A DNA stretch of 15,522 nucleotides. Source: Methanobacterium sp. (GTDB taxonomy: Archaea; Methanobacteriota; Methanobacteria; Methanobacteriales; Methanobacteriaceae). Positions 1 to 7,725 of this stretch are shown piece by piece. Numbering within the stretch: position 1 is the stretch's first letter; every line of letters starts with the position of its first letter. The notes under the pieces are model-generated. The model was not told the origin of the DNA. It searched no databases and worked only from the letters and a program-made list of their open reading frames with translations. The stretch covers positions 1 to 15,522 of the forward strand of contig PMWA01000018.1 in assembly GCA_003166335.1 (NCBI GenBank), read 5' to 3'. The position numbers and the translations under genes were made by a program.

Positions 1-1
1 G

Positions 2-1069
2 CGTGAAAAATGTGCGAGGATATTCTGCTATTTCTTGGGTCAGTTTTGAAAGGGTTGTATCCTCCCTGGCAAGTATCTCAAGCATGCGGACCACAGCAAA
101 GATTGCATCGTAGCATGTCTGGAATTCTGGGAAAACATACATTCCAGGTTCATCACCACCAAAAACTGCATTATTATCAATTACCTCCTTTAAAACTTGG
201 TTTACGGATGTTTTTATGAGATTTCCACCATACTGGGATACCACTTCATCCAGTGATTGTGATGCCACCACTGAAGATACAACTGTACCTCCCTGTTCCC
301 TGCTCAAGGCGTCCCTTGCAAAAATGCCAAGTATGGCCTGGTCCCTGATAATCTTTCCACATTCATCGATGAAGATGGCACCATCGAGGTCATTGTCAAG
401 GATTATGCCCATGTCAGCTCCGACAGTAGTTGTAACTTCACTATCAAGTGATAACCTCTCAGGTCCCGGTTCAGAAAAGTTTAAGTCATGTTTTGTATCC
501 TTAAAACCTATAGTAACTGTTTCACAACACATTTTATTCAATATTTTTGGTGTGAAGGGTGCGCTCATCCCCATTTCACAGTCTGCTATCAGCACGAACG
601 ATTTACTTTTTATGAGTTTTGTGGCAGCTTTTTTTAAAACAGCCTTTATATATTCTTCCTTGTATTCATGGGCATATCTCAGTTCACCTATACAATTCCA
701 TGCAACTTTATCACCGTGTCTTTGTTCTAAAGGAATTATAATTTTGCTGAATATTTTTATACTCACATCTTGAGGTCTCAAATCCGATTCTGCCACTGTG
801 ACCATGACTTTGGTTTGGTATAAACGCATAACATAGTGTATGACTGGTATCGGGGCAATTCCAAAGTCCATGACGTTAATTCCTGCAGACATCAGTCCTG
901 TGCTTATGGATCTTTTTATCATCTGGGAGGGTGTGTTAATATCCCTGCCTAAAACCACGTTTTCACCAGGGCTCAAGTAGTTGCCTATTACTGTGCCTAA
1001 GTGTGATGCAAACTTGTTGGTGATCTCTGAATTCACCTTTCCCCTGATATCATAAACGTATTTAACCAT
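2..1069 (-). CDS. Alpha-D-phosphohexomutase (phosphomannomutase/phosphoglucomutase)-like protein, 3' end outside the window, catalytic motifs degenerate
   Basis: Absent from the ORF track because it has no stop in the window. Manual translation from ATG at 1069 (preceded by GAGAGGGTTAA) is open to the edge for 356 codons: MVKYVYDIRGKVNSEIT...VVLGRDINTPSQMIKRSISTGLMSAGINVMDFGIAPIP...VAESDLRP...GADMGIILDNDLDG...AVFGGDEPGMYVFPEFQTCYDAIFA. The YDIRG, GRD, DxDxD and GGE-like motifs fall in the family's usual order. Confidence 0.9.
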   Translation of the reverse strand, partial: MVKYVYDIRGKVNSEITNKFASHLGTVIGNYLSPGENVVLGRDINTPSQMIKRSISTGLMSAGINVMDFGIAPIPVIHYVMRLYQTKVMVTVAESDLRPQDVSIKIFSKIIIPLEQRHGDKVAWNCIGELRYAHEYKEEYIKAVLKKAATKLIKSKSFVLIADCEMGMSAPFTPKILNKMCCETVTIGFKDTKHDLNFSEPGPERLSLDSEVTTTVGADMGIILDNDLDGAIFIDECGKIIRDQAILGIFARDALSREQGGTVVSSVVASQSLDEVVSQYGGNLIKTSVNQVLKEVIDNNAVFGGDEPGMYVFPEFQTCYDAIFAVVRMLEILAREDTTLSKLTQEIAEYPRTFFT

Positions 1070-1099
1070 TTAACCCTCTCAAAAATTAATTTAAATAAT

Positions 1100-2239
1100 T
1101 TAGTGAATATCTGAGTCTACTACGGAATCAGAGTAAATTTCCACTTCGTTGTATATGGACGTGTCAGATCTAATAGTGCTGTGATGGCCAATCAACACGG
1201 AACTACCTAAAATAGCTCCCCTTTCAATAACACTGCATCTTTCCAAAATACATTTTTTATCAATTATACAATTCTTTAAGTGAGAATTGGCCTTTATAAG
1301 ATTATTGGGAAATATTACGGAACCTTTAATGGTGCAGTTCTTTTCCACATACACATCTTCGTTTAAAACTGTATTTTTCCCCAGTCTACAGTCCTTTTCA
1401 ATAAAACAGTTATCTCCTATAACCACCGGACCAACTATTCTGACACTTTCATCGATATTAACATCATCTCCAACCCATATGTTCCCCAATCTACCAACAC
1501 CTTCTTTTATTTTATGGCCCGCTGGTTCTGGCTTAATTTTTTCCCCTAAAACATCGTAATTAGCCTTTAAATATGTTTCTGGTCTTCCAACATCGTTCCA
1601 GTAACCATCCAATTTGTATCCGAAAACCCCTGCTTTTTTTTCAATTAAAACTGGGAATAGATCCTTTGAAAAATCAATTTCACCCTTTTCAGTTTCAATG
1701 TAATCAAATACCTCTGGTTCCAGAACGTATGTCCCAGCGTTGGCCAGTTTACTGAAAACTTCCTGTGGGGAAGGTTTTTCAAGAAATTTCACGATCTGAT
1801 CATCTTCATCAAGAACTGCAATACCGTAGTGGGTGGGATCATCCACCTCTGTCAAAACAATGGTTGCTATGGCTTTTTTTTCCCTGTGAAATTTTAACAA
1901 TTTATTCAAATCAAGATCAATTAAAACATCACCACTTAAAACAAAAAAAGTATCATCTATGTATTTCATAGCTTTCATAACTCCGCCTGCAGTTCCCATT
2001 GGACGGTTTTCAACTAAATAGTTTATATTTAGATCGTTGTGTTTAAGATGGTATTTTATATGGTTTTGAAAATAGTTCAGAGTTACAATTACTTCCTTGC
2101 ATCCTGAATTTTTTATTGTTTCTATAACATAATCAATTAGAGGCCTATTAACCACGGGAACCATGGGTTTTGGTCTTATAGCGGTTAGGGGACGTATTCT
2201 TGTTCCTTTTCCCCCAGCCATGATCACGGCCTTTATCAT
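1100..2239 (-). CDS. NDP-sugar pyrophosphorylase (mannose-1-phosphate guanylyltransferase-like) with C-terminal left-handed beta-helix; nucleotide and sugar specificity unknown
   Basis: Contains AVIMAGGKGTRIRPLT..PKPMVPV, MGTAGG, VLSGD, FLEKP and YWNDVG motifs, then hexapeptide-like repeats (VVIGDNCFIEKDCRLG). Start moved to ATG 2239, which follows the RBS GGAGGAG; the track's GTG at 2254 overlaps that RBS. Confidence 0.92.
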   Translation of the reverse strand: MIKAVIMAGGKGTRIRPLTAIRPKPMVPVVNRPLIDYVIETIKNSGCKEVIVTLNYFQNHIKYHLKHNDLNINYLVENRPMGTAGGVMKAMKYIDDTFFVLSGDVLIDLDLNKLLKFHREKKAIATIVLTEVDDPTHYGIAVLDEDDQIVKFLEKPSPQEVFSKLANAGTYVLEPEVFDYIETEKGEIDFSKDLFPVLIEKKAGVFGYKLDGYWNDVGRPETYLKANYDVLGEKIKPEPAGHKIKEGVGRLGNIWVGDDVNIDESVRIVGPVVIGDNCFIEKDCRLGKNTVLNEDVYVEKNCTIKGSVIFPNNLIKANSHLKNCIIDKKCILERCSVIERGAILGSSVLIGHHSTIRSDTSIYNEVEIYSDSVVDSDIH

Positions 2240-2366
2240 GAAGTCTCCTCCCACAATATCATGAAGTAATATGTAATATTTTATTTCTTATTCAATGTAG
2301 ATATAATTTTGGCCAAAAAAATTTATCCATATTTATTTCGTGGTATAACATATTGTAATGGTTCTT

Positions 2367-3167
2367 TTACTTCAATAACCATTTAAAAAATCTCTGAACT
2401 TCATTCACATTCCTAACATAAAATAATGAACTACTTTTCACATAATCCGGAATTTCATTTGAAAGCACTAATATACTGGCAGTTTTAATCTTGCCTGTCT
2501 TTTCAAGTTCTTTAAGTTTGGTGAATGCATCGAAGTCGGTAACATCATCTCCCAAATAGATAACCCTATTCAGATCGTATTTTTCAAGAATTTTTTCAAC
2601 TATGAACCCTTTATCCCTACTGATGGGGGGTTTAAGTTCCACAAGTTTGCGTCCTTCAGTTAATTTGAGTTCGCTTGTATTAATAGAATTATTTATAGCA
2701 TCTATTATTCTCTTCCGGGTATTTTCCTGTATTTCGCATTTCCTGTAATGAATGCAAATGCAGATACCCTTATCTTCAAACATCAACCCTTTTATTTTGG
2801 ATAATTCGCTATTTTTCAGTTTTTCAGCAATTTTTTTTATATCCGCCAAATATTTTACTGCTTCGGGGTCAATGAAAATTTCACCATCGTTTATATATTC
2901 CATTCCATGGTTTCCAACATAGAGTATTCCATCTACCCCCACCATGGCCTTGGCGTTCTGGACTGATCTGCCGCTGATCACGGTTACCATTTGGAACTTT
3001 TCTTTGAGTTTTGATAGTTCTTTCTTCATGGATGGAGTTACAACAGCCTTTTCCGGTGTTGCTGCGATTTCACTGATGGTTCCATCGACATCTGTTAAAA
3101 TAGCAGATGTATTATCATTTTTAAATTCATAAAATTCTTCTAAATAATCAAAAAGGTATTTCGACAT
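2367..3167 (-). CDS. otsB: Trehalose-6-phosphate phosphatase (HAD family IIB)
   Basis: HAD motif I ILTDVDGTISEI, motif II VISGR, YVGNHGME, EDKG...HYR, GRKLVELKP..DKG and motif IV YLGDDVTDFDAF, all typical of OtsB. Confidence 0.88.
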   Translation of the reverse strand: MSKYLFDYLEEFYEFKNDNTSAILTDVDGTISEIAATPEKAVVTPSMKKELSKLKEKFQMVTVISGRSVQNAKAMVGVDGILYVGNHGMEYINDGEIFIDPEAVKYLADIKKIAEKLKNSELSKIKGLMFEDKGICICIHYRKCEIQENTRKRIIDAINNSINTSELKLTEGRKLVELKPPISRDKGFIVEKILEKYDLNRVIYLGDDVTDFDAFTKLKELEKTGKIKTASILVLSNEIPDYVKSSSLFYVRNVNEVQRFFKWLLK

Positions 3168-4303
3168 TATAAATATTCTCTTAATTTTTTAATTACCTTG
3201 TAGGGATCATCAGCTACCACTGTGCTTCCATAGAGTTCCATTCCTCCAATATCTGCTGTGGATTTGGATATGTCACCACGATCTACCATTTGAATTATGT
3301 ATGGGATATCATCATCTTCATTCATTGAAGGACATGAAATGGACATGTTAAAGTTTTGTACCCCTAAAACATCAATGAAACACCTTAAAATATTAAAAAT
3401 AACCTTTTTAGTTTGATCCATTTTTGATGGAGATCCTGGTGAGATTATAATAATTTCTTTCTCCTTAATGGGAGTGATACTCGCAAATAACCTTACATTT
3501 CCCGATTTATGAGAAAGCCCCAGGGATTTATGTATCATATAAAGGTCGTTGAAATATTCCTCTTTGGTTTCTTTTTTATACTCATGACTAGTCCTTTTTA
3601 ATGATTCCACCCGTGCGTAGGATCTGTCCCTTGTCATCAGAATCTGTGCATGGCCATGTACTTGCGAAGCACCAGCTCGGGGAAGGCAGTTCCATACAAA
3701 AAATGGAAACTTGTAGTTTTCATCCTCGTTGAACACCATATCAAACCATTTGAAGGCAGTGTCAAGGTAATCGGACAATTCTTTCAGGTTAAATTCAAGG
3801 GGGTTATGTTTTTTAAATATTACCAGACTACTCCAAACATCGTATTTGGCTATGTTGGCTGCTGTTATTGAATACTTACCTCTAACCCTGCCGAAAACGT
3901 CTTCAGGAGTATTTTCTTCAGGGCTGCAGAAATCGCAGTTTTTTTCTGAATTTCTGATAAGATACTGCAGTTTAATTATTTCTTCAGAAAGATCACGGTT
4001 CATTCCTGGCCTGTTAGATCTGAGGGAGTTGTAGAGAGTTCCCTGTCCACTCCGTTCATTGAAGATGTTAATTATCCTTTGCTTCTCCAAGTTTTCAAAT
4101 ACATCTTCTACTTTAGAAGTTAACTGGCCAGAATCATCTCTTTCACCAAAGTAACTTAAAACAAGCGGCTTCATGGATGGAACTATCTTCAAGGTTCCAA
4201 CCTCAGAGTAGAATGAATAAATTCGATTAAATAACTTGTAAGATTTTTCATCAACCTTTTTTAAATCATTAACATTGTATTCCAATTCAAAAATGGAATC
4301 CAT
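3167..4303 (-). CDS. GalT-like / HIT-superfamily nucleotidyltransferase (NDP-sugar transferase or phosphorylase)
   Basis: CDFC (GalT-type CxxC), NIAKY and WN..PRAGASQVHGHAQ (HxHxQ nucleotidylation motif). Its stop overlaps the otsB start (TAATG at 3167). RBS GGGTGA upstream. Confidence 0.8.
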   Translation of the reverse strand: MDSIFELEYNVNDLKKVDEKSYKLFNRIYSFYSEVGTLKIVPSMKPLVLSYFGERDDSGQLTSKVEDVFENLEKQRIINIFNERSGQGTLYNSLRSNRPGMNRDLSEEIIKLQYLIRNSEKNCDFCSPEENTPEDVFGRVRGKYSITAANIAKYDVWSSLVIFKKHNPLEFNLKELSDYLDTAFKWFDMVFNEDENYKFPFFVWNCLPRAGASQVHGHAQILMTRDRSYARVESLKRTSHEYKKETKEEYFNDLYMIHKSLGLSHKSGNVRLFASITPIKEKEIIIISPGSPSKMDQTKKVIFNILRCFIDVLGVQNFNMSISCPSMNEDDDIPYIIQMVDRGDISKSTADIGGMELYGSTVVADDPYKVIKKLREYL

Positions 4304-4479
4304 GACATTTCACCCTTTCGATCCATGATTTACCTAAGTTAAAATCAAATTCTCAATTTTTGAGAAAAGAAAATTTTCGTCAATGTATTTTAATTTATTT
4401 TGACTCATATTTATGATTTTAGAATGATGGACATGGAACAATGAAAAAGAATACTTTTCTTGAGAGTAAAATAAGTTTA

Positions 4480-4746
4480 GCTTAGGTCGGCGGCTTTCCG
4501 GACTGACATAATTGACATCGTAGAGATAGGATGCTGCGTAGAAATTCTCCACATCGAAAGATATTGTAATGGATCATCATTTCCTGTCAGCATCGAACCA
4601 GTGGATATGGGCACGTTTTCTTTTTCAACTGTCTGTTTATTCCTTTATCAGCAAATTCAAGGGCTAAGCTCATGTTCTCTAGTTTAACAGTCTGATCCAA
4701 TACCTTCAACATACTGGTTTACTTTGTCTTCATCAGCATAAGTCAT
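4480..4746 (-). pseudogene. Possible decayed coding remnant of unknown family
   Basis: Less AT-rich than its flanks. Protein-like pieces occur in different frames: MLKVLDQTVKLENMSLALEFADKGINRQLKK and KRAHIHWFDADRK**SITISFDVENFYAASYLYDVNYVSPE. No family recognised and boundaries are approximate. Confidence 0.25.
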
Positions 4747-4881
4747 GAAAAAAAATCGGCTCAAAGAAAATTATTTAATGAATTTTTAAAGATCAGAATA
4801 AGTTAATGTAAGGAAAAAACAGCTTAGAATTCGGTATATTGTAAATAGCTTCATTCATAAATTTATGATTAGGTGATAAAT

Positions 4882-4954
4882 ATGGGTGAATTACCATTAG
4901 CTCCATTAGGAAGAATAATAAAATGTGCAGGGACAAAGAGTTAGTCCTGAAGCA
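4882..4954 (+). pseudogene. 5' fragment of an archaeal histone (HMfA/HMtA-like) gene
   Basis: RBS AGGTGA at 4871, ATG at 4882, reading MGELPLAPLGRIIKCAG then TKS* (TAG 4942-4944). The shifted frame continues QRVSPEA. This matches the HMfA N-terminus [25 protein letters not shown]. The rest of the histone fold is absent. Confidence 0.88.
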
Positions 4955-5480
4955 ATCAAAGAAGCTGTTTCAGCATTTAAAGCTATGGGGGATTAAATGT
5001 TTAACGATAACTGGAGATAAGAAAGAGGTTGCAGAGTGGGTATCAAATGAATTAGGGCTTGATGAATATTTTGCAGAAGTTTTACCGCACGAAAAGGCGG
5101 AGAAAGTAAAGGAAATTCAGTCCAACGGATTAGTTGTGGCCATGACTGGTGATGGTATCAATTATGCCCCTGCACTTGCCCAGACTGATGTGGGTATTGC
5201 CATTGGAGCCGGTACTGATGTTGCTATTGAAACCGGAGACGTGATTCTTGTAAAGAGTAATCCACTTGATGCATTATACATAATTAAGCTTGCTAAGTCA
5301 ACCTACAGGAAAATGATTCAAAACCTAGCCTGGGGTACGGGTTATAATGTTTTCGCCATCCCACTAGCAGCAGTTATACTCTATTCCTATGGAATCATCT
5401 TAACCCCAGCAGAAGGGGCAATATTAATGTCCGCCAGCACTATAATTGTAGCATTCAATTCAAGATTCCTCAGTATCTAG
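4946..5480 (+). pseudogene. copB: 3' fragment of a heavy-metal P1B-type ATPase (CopB-like, copper)
   Basis: KEAVSAFKAMG, then a frameshift in the G5 run at 4987-4991, then IKCLTITGD...EYFAEVLPHEKAEKVK...MTGDGINYAPAL...YNVFAIPLAA...LMSASTIIVAFNS. It lacks DKTGT, the A-domain and the N-terminal helices, and the hinge GDGxND is changed to GDGINY (TAT 5163-5165). The track's MCRDKEL start is spurious. Confidence 0.88.
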
Positions 5481-5586
5481 AAATAAAATTTAATAATAAA
5501 CTATATTACAATTAAATTAAACAAAAAAATATTTAAATTCTCATTTTCGGATTAAATGAAATACTTTTTTAGACACATTAATCAGA

Positions 5587-6552
5587 TTAATGGTAATATC
5601 CCTTAAACAATCTGCATATGGCTAAAGTAATCCAGTAAGGAAGATCTTTATCTTGACCTCTCACCAGCTTAAGATCAAAGGTGCCCTTTCGATTTTGTTT
5701 ATCCCTTAAAAATTCTAATGATTCATTTATCTGAGGATTATTAACGTTAAACCCCAAATAATATAGAGAATCCAGTGCAGAAACAATATCTGTAAACCAA
5801 AAAGGGAAGGAAAATCTTTCCCAAAATTTTTTATCTTGTCTATCCGGATATTTATCTGCTTTAAAGAAACGTGAGATTAAGAGTTTACCAGCTTTTATAG
5901 CTTTATCAGATTTCCTGTATTGGAAATGAGCTGCAAATGCGCGGAGCACCATAGCAGTTACTAAATGAGAGAAAGGCTTTGATTTATCAGGAGATATGGT
6001 AACAGGATCATTTAATGCATCTTTTAAATTTTTACCAACAGTCCTGAAAGGCAGAGCCCAGCCACCATCATTTTGCTCTATAGATAAAAGCCATTCAAAA
6101 CCTTTTATTATGTAAGAGTCATTGTCATATCCTGCTTTAATTAAAAGTTCCATAATGGCCGGAGTATATGTTGTGGAAAACTGGTTGTTGTATATCCCTC
6201 TGAAGTCGCCTTCATCGCTTTGAAACTGAAAAAGAAAATCAGCTGCTTTCTGTATAGCTTTATGATCTTTGTTAAATCCATACTTCTCCACTAGTTCTCC
6301 TAAATTACGATAGGTTTCCAATTGATCATAATTTTCCGGTAACCTTATATCATTACCACCCGGATATTTCCATGATCCATTGTCTTGTTGTCTACGTAGA
6401 ATTTTTTCCACTTCTGAAAGTTCCCATAGCGTTTTTATTGGTTTAACTTTTTCATCTAAAAGATCACGTCTGATAAAGTATTTCAGCGCCTCATTTTTTG
6501 ATGAAATAAGAATTTCAGTGGGATCTACCTTAAAGTGTTCTTGCCAAGCCAT
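5587..6552 (-). CDS. Prenyltransferase/squalene-cyclase QW-repeat (alpha/alpha toroid) protein of unknown function
   Basis: Four QW-like repeats: RRQQDNGSW, QFQSDEGDF, SIEQNDGGW, DKQNRKGTF. Start placed at ATG 6552 after GAGGGA; the track start at 6567 is also possible. Confidence 0.75.
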   Translation of the reverse strand: MAWQEHFKVDPTEILISSKNEALKYFIRRDLLDEKVKPIKTLWELSEVEKILRRQQDNGSWKYPGGNDIRLPENYDQLETYRNLGELVEKYGFNKDHKAIQKAADFLFQFQSDEGDFRGIYNNQFSTTYTPAIMELLIKAGYDNDSYIIKGFEWLLSIEQNDGGWALPFRTVGKNLKDALNDPVTISPDKSKPFSHLVTAMVLRAFAAHFQYRKSDKAIKAGKLLISRFFKADKYPDRQDKKFWERFSFPFWFTDIVSALDSLYYLGFNVNNPQINESLEFLRDKQNRKGTFDLKLVRGQDKDLPYWITLAICRLFKGYYH

Positions 6553-6741
6553 TTTTCTATCCCTCATCCATCTTATAAATCCTTTAATTCATTGTAAAGA
6601 TACTTTAATAATATTATTGTAGAAGAAGTATTAAATTATTAATTATAATTCGTTTTAATTAGAATTAAAGAATAATCTTTTCGATTATTCTGATTAAAAA
6701 ATAGACTAACTTAAAAAAAAAATTAATTTAATATTTAATAA

Positions 6742-6954
6742 TTATTTCATCATATCAGACAAGCCACGAGCCCAAGCATGAATTTCCTCCCAATTCCGGA
6801 GATCAATACGTTTACTTGTATCCATTCCCTTCTTTTCTAAATCCTTTCTAATGAATCCGGTAGTCATTTTATACATCAACCCATGCTTAGCATTAGGGTC
6901 ATAAACACTACCAAAAAGCCCCATATCAACAGTCTTAATATTTCTTAGAAAATT
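6742..6954 (-). pseudogene. C-terminal fragment of a flavodoxin-domain (HemG/Flavodoxin_5-like) protein
   Basis: ...GLFGSVYDP...KMTTGFIRKDL...IDLRNWEEIHAWARGL resembles the FGG...DxRDWxxIxxWA C-terminus of this family. The frame is closed by TGA at 6957-6955 and no N-terminal FMN-binding loop is present. Confidence 0.65.
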
Positions 6955-7652
6955 TCAATCTCAAAGATCTAACAGGAACTAATTTTAATACTCTAAAAAA
7001 ATTTTTCCGTGATCAAGAACAATTTTTTGAATTTAAAAAAATATACGCAAAAAAGGAAAAAAGAAAAAGTAAAGAGCTCTACTACGGTGAATCATTATTT
7101 AACTATGAATTTAAGGGATTCACTGGCGTACCTAATATAAGTTATCCTTATAATCATCCGATATCGATGAAACGTTTTCATCAAAATTATGACTATGAAA
7201 GAATCTATATGCCTCTAATTGTAATGGAAGCCTTTAAAAATGAGGTAAAACGGATATTTAGGGAAAGTGAAAATATTTTTAGAGAAGAGAAAAATATTCC
7301 TAGAGTTGGGGAAGGTTGGGTAAGTGAAACTGAATTATATCATAAAATTAAAGAAGTGTTCCCTAATGAAGAAATAATTTAGCACGGAAGACCATCATGG
7401 TTAGGTAGACAACACCTCGACATTTATTTTCCTAATCGAAATATAGCAATAGAATATCAAGGAGATCAACATAATTCTCCTATAGAATATTTTGGAGGAA
7501 AAGAAGAATTCCAAAAGATAAAGGCATTAAACGCTCAAAAAAAAGAAAAATGTAATTTAAATAATTGTCATTTAATTTATGTTTATCCAGACTACAACTT
7601 CAAAAAATTAGAAGAAAAAATCCAAAAGATTCTAAAACCTATTCATAATTGA
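6939..7652 (+). pseudogene. 5'-truncated protein with C-terminal PD-(D/E)XK Vsr/DUF559-like nuclease domain and an internal TAG
   Basis: One frame is open from 6939 (after TAA 6936-6938) to TAG 7380-7382 and continues in the same frame to TGA 7650-7652: GEGWVSETELY...II*HGRPSWLGRQHLDIYFPNRNIAIEYQGDQHNSPIEYFGGKEEF...KKEKC...LIYV. Confidence 0.78.
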
Positions 7653-7725
7653 AGCTTTATAATAAGCAAAGATTATAATTTTTGAATCGATGAATGATAT
7701 TATTTATAGGTATAGGGGAGATTTG

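Noticed and set aside
10..773. Plus-strand ORFs 10-219 and 216-773
   Set aside because: Antisense shadows of the minus-strand phosphohexomutase-like gene, with no recognisable motifs.
2234..2267. Direct repeat TATCATGAAGT at 2234-2244 and 2257-2267
   Set aside because: Only two 11-nt copies around a start codon; too short for CRISPR, and no element lies between them to suggest a target-site duplication.
1287..4034. Short plus-strand ORFs at 1287, 1573, 1765, 2944, 3650 and 3846
   Set aside because: All lie antisense within well-supported minus-strand genes.
4334..4552. 72-aa minus-strand ORF as an intact gene
   Set aside because: Its second half runs through AT-rich promoter-like DNA; at best the first half is part of a remnant.
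4923..5480. 185-aa ORF as a functional ATPase or HAD protein
   Set aside because: The first 22 residues are out-of-frame sequence, the DKTGT site is absent and the hinge Asp is replaced by Tyr.
5587..6552. Squalene-hopene cyclase implying hopanoid synthesis in an archaeon
   Set aside because: About half the expected length and no DxDD motif.
6380..6622. 80-aa plus-strand ORF
   Set aside because: Antisense to the QW-repeat gene.
7380..7382. Pyrrolysine recoding of the TAG
   Set aside because: The inferred lineage is not known to use pyrrolysine, no pyl genes are in the window, and the gene shows other damage.
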